Positions 1-6,659 of a DNA stretch of 12,844 nucleotides are shown here, one piece after another. The notes under the pieces were generated by a model, which saw nothing but the letters and a program-made list of their open reading frames with translations, had not been told where the DNA came from and did no database searches. Position numbers and translations under genes: made by a program. The stretch is taken from UHGV virus genome UHGV-0098265, one strand, 5' to 3'. The stretch is from a virus. Positions within the stretch are counted from its first letter, which is position 1, and every line of letters starts with the position of its first letter.

Positions 1-90
1 ATCCAAACTCAATATCCAGTGCATCAAAAAGCCAAAGCGGCGTTTGCCAGCAGTCTCTAACTTCTTTTGGTGTTTCTGATTTATGCTTAA

Positions 91-627
91 TCATTCAACC
101 CTCGCATATTGTCCGTGATATTTGTTGATAGCCTCACTGGCAACCAAACCAGCAAGCTCAAGATCTTCATAGAACCCAAAATGCAACCGGCCAAAATCTG
201 TGCGCACTTGAACGGCCCATTTATTTTTTTGCTTGTTCCATAAAACATTTTTTATTCCAGAACGGCTATTGCACTTAGTTTTCTGATTTCGGCTGTTTGC
301 TATCCGGTTTGCCTCCCTAAGATTTTTTGGGGAATTGTCCAGCCTGTTTCCGTTAATATGGTCAATATTTTTCAATGGCATTCTTTTGTTGTGCAGCGCA
401 AAAACAACTACGTGAACAAACATCTGAATGCCTGCAAAACACACCTGTCTATACCCAGATCCATTTATCGATGTTTTAATTTCATCTCCGGCCCGGTGGC
501 TGTGGTTGGGGTGTTTTAGCGAGTCCTTTTTGTATCTGACTGTATCTCCGTCTAAATACAGATAATCCTCAATAAGCCGATACCTATCTGACGCTGGTTG
601 AGCTGGTGTATTTGATTTGATAGTCAT
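91..627 (-). CDS. HNH endonuclease with C-terminal AP2-like DNA-binding domain (homing-endonuclease-like); alternative upstream start at 654
   Basis: ORF track 91..654. HNH-type motif HINGNRLDNSPKNL and His-rich N-terminal part; C-terminal segment resembles an AP2 domain. The ATG at 627 overlaps the ninB stop as ATGA and follows a GGGAAGG Shine-Dalgarno, so 627 is preferred over 654. Confidence 0.75.
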   Translation of the reverse strand: MTIKSNTPAQPASDRYRLIEDYLYLDGDTVRYKKDSLKHPNHSHRAGDEIKTSINGSGYRQVCFAGIQMFVHVVVFALHNKRMPLKNIDHINGNRLDNSPKNLREANRIANSRNQKTKCNSRSGIKNVLWNKQKNKWAVQVRTDFGRLHFGFYEDLELAGLVASEAINKYHGQYARVE

Positions 628-1070
628 GCAGCCTTCCCTTTTCGTTGTGACCATTCATACTCTCGCCGGGAGTCATCACTCCACCGCACGTTGCGCTCTG
701 AGCCGAACCAGAACATGATTTCGATAAGCTCAGTCATGCTGGCCTTTCGCATTTTGCTGGTACGCACGCCAAGCATGACAACGCCACCGTCGATACCAGG
801 AACACTTCGTTGCTCCAGTTTTTTGGTCTTAAGCCACAGGGCAGTGAACAGGTCTTTCCAGTCTTCCGGTGCCAGCCGTTGACCATGCCATAGCACCTGA
901 CGCGAAACATCGTTCAGCATCGGCCACATACGGTCATTCTGCGCTTTGCTGCGTTTGGGTTCTTTAAGGTGGACTTCGTGGGGTGACTTGTCGTCGATGG
1001 GAAGTGAGAGTATTGCGTCTATGGCGTTATTTCTGATTGCTTCGTTGCGAAGCATGTATATTTGCTTCAT
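624..1070 (-). CDS. ninB: NinB (Orf-family recombination mediator), divergent from lambda NinB
   Basis: 148 aa. Recalled similarity to lambda NinB (N-terminal NAI motif, DQN...W, LGDVSRQV.WHG, central VKWSDE-like C-terminus) and position downstream of ren and the tR2-like terminator. Confidence 0.85.
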   Translation of the reverse strand: MKQIYMLRNEAIRNNAIDAILSLPIDDKSPHEVHLKEPKRSKAQNDRMWPMLNDVSRQVLWHGQRLAPEDWKDLFTALWLKTKKLEQRSVPGIDGGVVMLGVRTSKMRKASMTELIEIMFWFGSERNVRWSDDSRREYEWSQRKGKAA

Positions 1071-1344
1071 CGAAATTCTTCTCTTTAATTCCAGCGGATC
1101 TGATAGCTTTCATTACTGCAATTACCGTTTTGTCTCTCCCATCCTCATAACCCATCGCATAAGCACCTTCTTCACCATCTTTCCAAAAGTCGTCATTCGA
1201 TTCGGGCCAGTCGATATCCAGTTCAATAGCAGAGCGCGATGCCTGCCATATCACCCAGGCAAACTCTTTTAATTCATCGTCTCCCGTGAACTGGCTTTTG
1301 TCTTTTGACCACCAGTTTTCAAACTGTCGGTAGCTATCGTTCAC
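1027..1344 (-). CDS. Hypothetical acidic Trp-rich protein between tR2 and ninB (NinA-position gene); start GTG 1344 or TTG 1359
   Basis: ORF track 1027..1359. The lambda ninB Shine-Dalgarno (GGGGAGAGGGAAG) is retained immediately upstream, but is followed by GTG and a different reading frame; the composition is protein-like. Overlaps the ninB start by 44 nt. Confidence 0.5.
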   Translation of the reverse strand: MNDSYRQFENWWSKDKSQFTGDDELKEFAWVIWQASRSAIELDIDWPESNDDFWKDGEEGAYAMGYEDGRDKTVIAVMKAIRSAGIKEKNFDEANIHASQRSNQK

Positions 1345-1356
1345 TTCCCTCTCCCC

Positions 1357-1390
1357 CAAATAAAAAGGCCTGCGATTACCAGCAGGCCTG
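1357..1390 (-). terminator. tR2-like intrinsic terminator
   Basis: On the minus strand: AGGCCTGC-tggtaatc-GCAGGCCT hairpin followed by TTTTTATTT, located between ren and the nin-region genes as in lambda. Confidence 0.75.
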
Positions 1391-1414
1391 TTATTAGCTC
1401 AGTGATGTAGATGG

Positions 1415-1705
1415 TCATCTTTTAACTCCATATACCGCCAATACCCGTTTCATCGCTGCACTCTGGCGACACTCCTTAAAAATCAGGTTCGTGCTCACCT
1501 TTCCTTCCCGTTCTTCCCTGGTAGCAAACCGGTAATACACCGTTCGCCAGACCTTACCATCAATGACCAGGATTCCTGCCCGCGCCATTTTAGCCGCAGC
1601 CTGATTTATGCTGGTTACTGTTGCGCCTGTTAGCGCGGCAACGTCCGGCGCACAGAAGCTATTATGCGTCCCCAGGTAATGAATAATTGCCTCTTTGCCC
1701 GTCAT
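1415..1705 (-). CDS. ren: Ren protein (lambda Ren, near-identical)
   Basis: 96 aa. Sequence MTGKEAIIHYLGTHNSFCAPDVAALTG... matches lambda Ren as recalled. ATGA overlap with the P stop. Confidence 0.93.
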   Translation of the reverse strand: MTGKEAIIHYLGTHNSFCAPDVAALTGATVTSINQAAAKMARAGILVIDGKVWRTVYYRFATREEREGKVSTNLIFKECRQSAAMKRVLAVYGVKR

Positions 1706-2403
1706 ACACTTGCTCCTTTCAGTCCGAACTTAGCTTTAATTTCTGCGATCTTCGCCAGCGCCTGAACACGATTTAGAGGTCTGCCGCCCATGACAGGAAG
1801 TTGTTTTACTGGTTCAGGTATCGTCTCACCACGGTTAATTCGCGCTGTCATACAGGTCAGTTCATCGGCAGCCTTGCGTCGTAATTCCGCGTCAGTCAGC
1901 GCATTGGCCCGCATGTTCTGGTACAGGTTGGTAACCAGCCAGTAGTGCGCGTTCGATTTCCACGGATAAGACTCTGCATCCGGATACAGGCCTCGCTTCC
2001 GGCAATACTCGTAAACCATATCAACCAGCTCGCTGACGTTTGGCAGTCCGGCGATAACGGATGCTTCTTCCCGGCACCATGCAACAAACTGCCCGGGTGA
2101 TGGAAGAAATGGTCGATTCTGCCGACGGGCTACGCGCATTCCTGCGTTAACCTGTTCCATCGAGGTGATCCCGTTTTCCCGGAAAGCCAGAACCCACTGG
2201 CGGCGGATTTCATTCAGTTCGTTCTGGTCCCGGTTAGCCAGACTCGCCGGGAAAGTTGCCAGTAACTGGCTGAACACACCGTTGATGATCTGCGCTACCT
2301 GTTGTACCTGCGGCTTTTCGTCGTACTGTTCCGGCATGTTGTTGGCGATCCGACGCATCTGCTCACGGTCAAAGTTAACCATCTGTGCGGCGATGTTTTT
2401 CAT
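1702..2403 (-). CDS. P: Replication protein P (DnaB helicase loader), lambda-like
   Basis: 233 aa, the same length as lambda P. Sequence MKNIAAQMVNFDREQMRRIANNMPEQYDE... matches lambda P as recalled. ATGA overlap with O. Confidence 0.95.
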   Translation of the reverse strand: MKNIAAQMVNFDREQMRRIANNMPEQYDEKPQVQQVAQIINGVFSQLLATFPASLANRDQNELNEIRRQWVLAFRENGITSMEQVNAGMRVARRQNRPFLPSPGQFVAWCREEASVIAGLPNVSELVDMVYEYCRKRGLYPDAESYPWKSNAHYWLVTNLYQNMRANALTDAELRRKAADELTCMTARINRGETIPEPVKQLPVMGGRPLNRVQALAKIAEIKAKFGLKGASV

Positions 2404-3338
2404 AAATCCACCCCGTAAATCCAGTCAGTGTTTGTCAGGTCGAGTTTTGGTTTTCCAGCTGTCACGCCAGCCTGTTGCTTGTTACGGTTGATTTCGAGCT
2501 GGGTCCACTTGTCGCGGAGTTTGGCCGGACTTAGCACGTTACCGGACCAGAAGTTGTCCTGGCATGCCCAGCGGAACAGCACGCACATGTCGCGGTGGTT
2601 ACGTCCGTCACGTTCACGCATCAGGCGGATATCGTTAGCCCACCCTGCAAAATTCGGTTTTCTGGCTGATGGTGCGATGGTCTTCACCATGTCAAACATC
2701 CACTCTGCGGCGGTCAGGTCTTCTGCTGTTCCCCACTTGCTGCCGCTCTGAATTGCAGCATCCGGTTTAACCACAGAAAGATCGTTTTCTGGCTGGTCAG
2801 AGGATTCGCCAGAATTCTCGGACGAATAATCTTTTCTTTTTTCTTTTGTAATAGTGTCTTTTGTGTCCCCCTGTTTTGAGGGATAGCAATCCCCTAATTT
2901 GAGGGATGTTTTATCCCTCGTTTTAGGGGATTTTCCCTCGTTTTGAGGGATGTCCCTCATTTTAGGGGAACCTCCCTCGTTTTGAGGGATGCACCATTCT
3001 GAGATGTTTTTATTTGGTCCAAACATGCCGCCTTGCTGCTTGATAATATTCATTCTGACGAGTTCTAACTTGGCTTCATTGCACCGTTTGACAGGTAACT
3101 TTGTAATCTCGCTAAGTTGAGAATCGGTGATTCTGTCCATTGGTTTATTCCACCCATAGGTTTTACGCAGAATGGCAAGCAGCACTTTAAACTGTCGCTT
3201 GGTCAGATCTGCGCCTGAATAAGCCTCAATCAGCATATTTGATAGTCTGGCGTAACCATCATCGAGATCTGCCACATTACGCTCCTGTTTGGCAAAGTTA
3301 CCTCTGCAGAAGTTGAGTATTTTTGCTGTATTTGTCAT
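2400..3338 (-). CDS. O: Replication initiator protein O, lambda-like, with a 13-aa insertion in the iteron-encoded linker
   Basis: 312 aa versus 299 aa in lambda. N- and C-terminal sequences match lambda O as recalled; the ori iterons are embedded in the coding sequence. Confidence 0.95.
   Translation of the reverse strand: MTNTAKILNFCRGNFAKQERNVADLDDGYARLSNMLIEAYSGADLTKRQFKVLLAILRKTYGWNKPMDRITDSQLSEITKLPVKRCNEAKLELVRMNIIKQQGGMFGPNKNISEWCIPQNEGGSPKMRDIPQNEGKSPKTRDKTSLKLGDCYPSKQGDTKDTITKEKRKDYSSENSGESSDQPENDLSVVKPDAAIQSGSKWGTAEDLTAAEWMFDMVKTIAPSARKPNFAGWANDIRLMRERDGRNHRDMCVLFRWACQDNFWSGNVLSPAKLRDKWTQLEINRNKQQAGVTAGKPKLDLTNTDWIYGVDL
2866..2990. repeat. Lambda-type replication origin: six iterons (about 18-19 bp palindromic TCCCTC-N-GAGGGA units), with an adjacent AT-rich unwinding region at about 2813-2862
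   Basis: Six tandem units read directly in the sequence (for example tccccctgttttgaggga, atcccctaatttgagggat, atccctcgttttaggggat, tccctcgttttgagggat, tccctcattttaggggaa, tccctcgttttgagggat), next to an A/T-rich tract cttttcttttttcttttgtaatagtg. Confidence 0.9.
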
Positions 3339-3370
3339 AATGACTCCTGTGGATTGATCCAGTAATGATC

Positions 3371-3667
3371 TCAGAATTCCATCTGGATTTGTTCAGAACG
3401 CTCGGTTGCCGCCGGGCGTTTTTTATTGATGATTTCATCAAGCGCATACTTAAAAGCCCTGCTAATCGGACTGATGTCTGATGCCATTCCGAAAGCACAC
3501 AGGACCGAAGCAATAAACCGCCAGTCCGTTCTGCTTATCTTCGATTCATGACAGCCAATCATCTTTGCCAGACCGCGCTGGGTAATAGCTGACAGATTGA
3601 TAAGTAAATCTGTTTCTGCGCGATCAACGTCACGCTGTGATAGTTTGCTGTAACTTGTTCTTTCCAT
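3371..3667 (-). CDS. cII: CII-like transcriptional activator (C-terminus identical to lambda CII, divergent N-terminal part)
   Basis: 98 aa. C-terminal NKKRPAATERSEQIQMEF matches lambda CII; the gene sits between cro/nutR and O. Confidence 0.85.
   Translation of the reverse strand: MERTSYSKLSQRDVDRAETDLLINLSAITQRGLAKMIGCHESKISRTDWRFIASVLCAFGMASDISPISRAFKYALDEIINKKRPAATERSEQIQMEF
3653..3666 (+). promoter_or_regulatory. Candidate CII-binding site and PRE -35 region (TTGC-N6-TTGT)
   Basis: TTGCtgtaacTTGT lies on the strand reading toward cI and overlaps the 5' end of cII, the same arrangement as lambda PRE (TTGC-N6-TTGC). Confidence 0.35.
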
Positions 3668-3731
3668 TTCTTACTATTTCCATAGGTAAATAATCACTAA
3701 TACTCATCTTTCGATGAGTGCTTAATTAGTT

Positions 3732-3766
3732 ACCGCGTTGTCGGCGGTGCAGATTGATAAAGAGCG
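3732..3766 (-). promoter_or_regulatory. nutR (boxA CGCTCTTTATCA plus boxB hairpin ACCGCCGACAACGCGGT, P22-type)
   Basis: Read on the minus strand just downstream of the cro stop. boxA matches the consensus and boxB matches the P22 nutR boxB as recalled. Confidence 0.65.
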
Positions 3767-3773
3767 GTGTTAC

Positions 3774-4001
3774 TTATGCAGCCAGAAGGTTCTTTTTACT
3801 TATTTCAAGCATTTCGCTTGCTTGATATTTGCCACCAGAAATCTCTTCGATTTTTGAGGCGTATTTCGTTTTCCCAAAAAACTCAGTCTTAGGGAGGAAG
3901 CCGTTTTTGAGCCACTTATAGACAGCCCTTTCGCTAACTCCACAAGCCTTCGCAACTTCAGGTATGCCGACACCTTTAATCGGCTCATCAAGAGTTTGCA
4001 T
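3774..4001 (-). CDS. cro: Cro-like HTH repressor
   Basis: ORF track 3774..4034. An internal ATG at 4001 is preceded by AAAAGGA and lies downstream of the predicted PR transcription start, whereas the 4034 start lies upstream of it. HTH-like GIPEVAKACGVSERAVYKWL. Divergent to cI. Confidence 0.75.
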   Translation of the reverse strand: MQTLDEPIKGVGIPEVAKACGVSERAVYKWLKNGFLPKTEFFGKTKYASKIEEISGGKYQASEMLEISKKNLLAA

Positions 4002-4079
4002 AGGAATATCCTTTTTCGTACTTTCAGTACGCATTATGATTGAACTGAAAGTTTTTGCAAGTGCTTTAGTATCGTACTC
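4002..4079. promoter_or_regulatory. OR operator region with divergent PR (toward cro) and PRM (toward cI)
   Basis: 78-bp intergenic region between divergent cro and cI. Dyad symmetries CGTAC-TTTCA-GTACG and ACTTTCAGT...ACTGAAAGT; palindromic TTGCAA hexamer with a 17-nt spacer to ATAAT on the cro strand; TAGTAT about 7 nt before the cI ATG suggests a leaderless cI mRNA from PRM. Confidence 0.6.
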
Positions 4080-4787
4080 ATGGTTCAGAATGAAAAAGTG
4101 CGCAAAGAATTCGCCCAGCGGCTAGCGCAAGCCTGTAAAGAAGCTGGTCTTGATGAACATGGTAGGGGAATGGCTATAGCCCGTGCCCTTTCTCTTTCGT
4201 CCAAAGGCGTTAGCAAATGGTTTAATGCTGAGTCTTTACCGCGTCAGGAAAAAATGAATGCGCTTGCGAAATTTCTAAACGTTGATGTTGTTTGGCTTCA
4301 GCACGGCACTTCGTTAAATGGAGCGAATGATGAAGATACTCTTTCATTTGTTGGCAAATTAAAAAAAGGGTTAGTGCGCGTGGTTGGTGAGGCAATTCTT
4401 GGTGTTGATGGTGCCATCGAGATGACCGAAGAACGCGATGGGTGGCTCAAGATTTATAGCGATGATCCAGATGCCTTTGGTCTTCGTGTGAAAGGAGACA
4501 GCATGTGGCCCAGAATAAAATCAGGAGAATATGTACTCATTGAGCCTAACACCAAAGTATTCCCGGGTGATGAGGTGTTTGTCAGAACCATCGAAGGACA
4601 CAACATGATCAAGATTCTTGGCTATGACAGAGATGGAGAATACCAATTTACAAGCATCAACCAGGACCACAGACCAATAACGTTGCCTTATCATCAAGTA
4701 GCAAAGGTGGAGTATGTGGCTGGTATTCTGAAGCAATCTCGCCATCTGGATGACATCGAGGCAAGGGAGTGGCTGAGAAATTATTAA
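4080..4787 (+). CDS. cI: CI-type prophage repressor (N-terminal HTH, C-terminal S24/LexA-like autopeptidase domain); non-lambda immunity specificity
   Basis: 235 aa. C-terminal GDSMWPRI motif (Ser nucleophile) plus a downstream Lys, typical of RecA-stimulated self-cleaving repressors; divergent from cro. Confidence 0.9.
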   Translation: MVQNEKVRKEFAQRLAQACKEAGLDEHGRGMAIARALSLSSKGVSKWFNAESLPRQEKMNALAKFLNVDVVWLQHGTSLNGANDEDTLSFVGKLKKGLVRVVGEAILGVDGAIEMTEERDGWLKIYSDDPDAFGLRVKGDSMWPRIKSGEYVLIEPNTKVFPGDEVFVRTIEGHNMIKILGYDRDGEYQFTSINQDHRPITLPYHQVAKVEYVAGILKQSRHLDDIEAREWLRNY

Positions 4788-4911
4788 TACCAATAGCATA
4801 GAGACGAAAATGCGACAGGTTTTAGGTACAAATCATAACCCTATCCACAAACAACGTTGTAAATATACACATAAGACTATTGTAAAAAAAGCTCTATCCC
4901 AGTAAATGCGG

Positions 4912-4940
4912 TTGCAAAATGGGTTGATCGAGCATATATA
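4912..4940 (+). promoter_or_regulatory. Candidate sigma70 promoter for the accessory cassette (TTGCAA-17-TATATA)
   Basis: Hexamers read by eye with 17-nt spacing, about 15 nt upstream of the GTG start at 4954. Confidence 0.3.
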
Positions 4941-4953
4941 AGGAGTATAGTTA

Positions 4954-5316
4954 GTGACCCAAGATGAAACGAATGAATATCTGAAAACCTTAGCATTGGT
5001 TCCAAGTGCAGAGGCCTCCGCAGAGGAGAAGCAGATATATAGCGTCAAAAAGGCTGTAATCGGTCTGATTGAATTTGTTACAACCAGTCTTGAAGAGCTT
5101 GGAATTGAAGGGTTGCATGAGTTAACAAACCCATCTCTTGACGAATTAGATGCAGAGCTAGAGAAACTTGACCAAAAAGCTGATGCAATCAATGAACTAA
5201 ACTTAAAGCAAATCATCATATTTGCACAGATTTTAATCAAAAACATAAGAGAAAAGAATCCTGATTTGTGCTCTGAGGGATCAAAACTACTCAAGAGTGC
5301 TAAATCGGGTCTTTGA
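4954..5316 (+). CDS. Hypothetical acidic helical protein, 120 aa, in the rex position downstream of cI
   Basis: GTG start preceded by TAAGGAG at 8-nt spacing; AT-rich relative to cI; no intrinsic terminator between cI and this gene; no homolog recognised. Confidence 0.7.
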   Translation: MTQDETNEYLKTLALVPSAEASAEEKQIYSVKKAVIGLIEFVTTSLEELGIEGLHELTNPSLDELDAELEKLDQKADAINELNLKQIIIFAQILIKNIREKNPDLCSEGSKLLKSAKSGL

Positions 5317-5339
5317 CACTTACAGAGCGGAGGATAAAC

Positions 5340-5462
5340 ATGTCTAGAACTGAACATATCAAAGATATGCTTAAAAGTGCGGATCGAATCAATCAGATTA
5401 TTGCTGAAATGAAGCAGAGAAAAGCAGAAATGCTAGCATCAAAGCTTCCAATGGCAGCATAA
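5340..5462 (+). CDS. Hypothetical 40-aa basic helical peptide (MSRTEHIKDMLKSADRINQIIAEMKQRKAEMLASKLPMAA)
   Basis: ATG preceded by GGAGGATAAACA; follows the 120-aa gene after a 23-nt gap; immediately followed by an intrinsic terminator. Below the ORF-track size cutoff. Confidence 0.55.
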   Translation: MSRTEHIKDMLKSADRINQIIAEMKQRKAEMLASKLPMAA

Positions 5463-5470
5463 CCAAAAAC

Positions 5471-5493
5471 ACCCGCTTCGGCGGGTTTTCTTA
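5471..5493 (+). terminator. Intrinsic terminator ending the cI-accessory cassette transcript (tImm-like)
   Basis: CCCGC-ttcg-GCGGG hairpin followed by TTTTCTT. Confidence 0.8.
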
Positions 5494-5739
5494 TTCCCCT
5501 AAAAAGATCAAACAACTCCACATTAGCTTTTTTGTGCCCACAGTTTTCTACCTAGCAGTTTTCTTTGCCTCCCGATCCACCATCTAAAAACACATAACCA
5601 ATTGTATTTATTGAAAAATAAATAGATACAACTTGCTAAACCACGCAATTCTGATCCCTGCCGCATAACCTTCATCCGCAACATTTACAAAAATAAATTT
5701 CCTTATATATCAAAATCATATTTCGTAGAGTTAATAAAT

Positions 5740-5800
5740 CATAAACGATTCGTACCAATAGTTCTTGATAATATCGAACTACTGGTTCATTATTATCGCC
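5740..5800 (+). promoter_or_regulatory. Candidate PL promoter and OL operators
   Basis: TTGATA with 17-18 nt spacing to CATTAT/ATTATT, about 45 nt upstream of nutL boxA. Shares TTCGTAC and ATCGNACT motifs with the OR region. Confidence 0.4.
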
Positions 5801-5839
5801 ATCAGCAGGACGTTGGAAGCCAAACGGAACAGATTGGCG

Positions 5840-5874
5840 GGCTCTTTAACTTCGATGGGGCGCTGACAAAGCGC
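5840..5874 (+). promoter_or_regulatory. nutL (boxA GGCTCTTTAAC plus boxB hairpin GCGCTGACAAAGCGC, P22-type)
   Basis: boxB is identical to the P22 nutL boxB as recalled, with a boxA-like element 10 nt upstream; located in the leader upstream of N. Confidence 0.7.
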
Positions 5875-6053
5875 AAACAGATACCAAACGAGATGGGTTT
5901 GGCGGTGTGGTGAAGGGTTCATGGACGGGAATATGTCGCACGTAAAGCGGCGAGGCCTGCGGGACTATTGCCGAATTGAAGTAGGCCGAAACAGGTCGAA
6001 ATGGGTCTCCCACCTACCTCACCACCAAAGCCATTTTACATGAGGAAAACATC

Positions 6054-6362
6054 ATGACGGTAATCGTGTACGGGAAATCAACATTTACAGGAAATGCCAA
6101 AACTCGCCGTCATGAGCGGCGCAGAAAGCTGGCTATCGAGCGTGATGCTATATGCAACATCATCGATTCGATCTTCGGTACAGACAGTGATGAACCTGTT
6201 CAGAAAGAACCGAGAAAGCGTTTAAGCCTTTCTGAAAAAGCAATATCACTCGGCAACATTCGTAACCAAAATACCGACGAATGCAATGGAAGCATTTGCC
6301 TGCCAAACGTAGCCATCTACGTGGCAGGCTATCGGAAATCAAAACAACTGACGGCGAGGTAA
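6054..6362 (+). CDS. N: N-type transcription antiterminator with a P22-type arginine-rich motif
   Basis: 102 aa. N-terminal GNAKTRRHERRRKLAIERD matches the P22 N boxB-binding peptide as recalled. GAGGA Shine-Dalgarno 7 nt upstream; positioned downstream of PL/nutL. Confidence 0.85.
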   Translation: MTVIVYGKSTFTGNAKTRRHERRRKLAIERDAICNIIDSIFGTDSDEPVQKEPRKRLSLSEKAISLGNIRNQNTDECNGSICLPNVAIYVAGYRKSKQLTAR

Positions 6363-6419
6363 TTATGGATATTTCATGTATTGAACAATTACTAATTGAG
6401 AAAACGAAAGAAATGCTTG

Positions 6420-6659
6420 ATGTATTGGACAAAAAAAATATCTGAGTTAAAAGATACACCCGCGACACAACTTATTCTCGAACGTAGTCGAAATAAATTC
6501 TTAGAGTTAAGCCCTGACGTTCAAAATATAGCATCTAAACTGCTGGCTACGTTGATTGAGAGGAATGCATTGTTATCGATGTCATCAGATGAACGAAAAA
6601 AACTGACGAACGAAGATGTTGCAACCATCCGCCAGGCATTCGAAATTTTGTTCTCTTAA
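6420..6659 (+). CDS. Hypothetical small protein; frame is interrupted upstream at an A8 tract (alternative: frameshifted about 97-aa gene starting at 6365)
   Basis: ORF track 6396..6659 begins at a TTG. An ATG at 6365 with a GAGGT Shine-Dalgarno opens a 26-codon frame that ends just after the A8 tract at 6431-6438; the long frame continues in +1. Confidence 0.45.
   Translation: MYWTKKISELKDTPATQLILERSRNKFLELSPDVQNIASKLLATLIERNALLSMSSDERKKLTNEDVATIRQAFEILFS

Noticed and set aside
1-90. Possible 5' end of a further nin-region gene on the minus strand (ATG at 24..22; frame open from 90 to 1)
   Set aside because: Too short to assess, no convincing ribosome-binding site, and I could not match it to lambda NinC from memory; left unannotated.
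946-1272. Plus-strand ORFs overlapping ninB and the nin-region gene (946..1272, also 691..882)
   Set aside because: Antisense to well-supported minus-strand genes; no ribosome-binding site; implausible composition.
1896-2751. Short ORFs inside and antisense to P and O (1896..2087, 2165..2491, 2428..2751)
   Set aside because: Fully contained within the lambda-like P and O coding sequences in other frames or on the other strand; Cys/Arg-rich translations typical of spurious frames.
2866-2990. Tandem repeats that could be mistaken for a CRISPR array
   Set aside because: The units are about 19-bp palindromic iterons with spacers of only a few bp, inside the O gene: this is the lambda-type origin, not repeat-spacer architecture.
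3774-4034. Longer cro start at 4034 (86 aa) from the ORF track
   Set aside because: This start lies upstream of the predicted PR -10 and transcription start; the internal ATG at 4001 has a Shine-Dalgarno and gives a Cro-sized product.
3298-4799. Other antisense or embedded ORFs in the immunity region (3298..3513, 3800..3991, 4521..4799)
   Set aside because: Each lies within or antisense to the cII, cro, O or cI genes, which are supported by homology and signals.
4833-5357. 174-aa ORF on the minus strand antisense to the accessory cassette
   Set aside because: Low-complexity Ser/Phe-rich translation typical of the antisense of an AT-rich gene; no ribosome-binding site; the plus-strand genes have strong Shine-Dalgarno sequences and a correctly oriented terminator.
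6160-6468. Minus-strand 102-aa ORF antisense to N
   Set aside because: Overlaps the well-supported N gene; low-complexity translation; no start signal.
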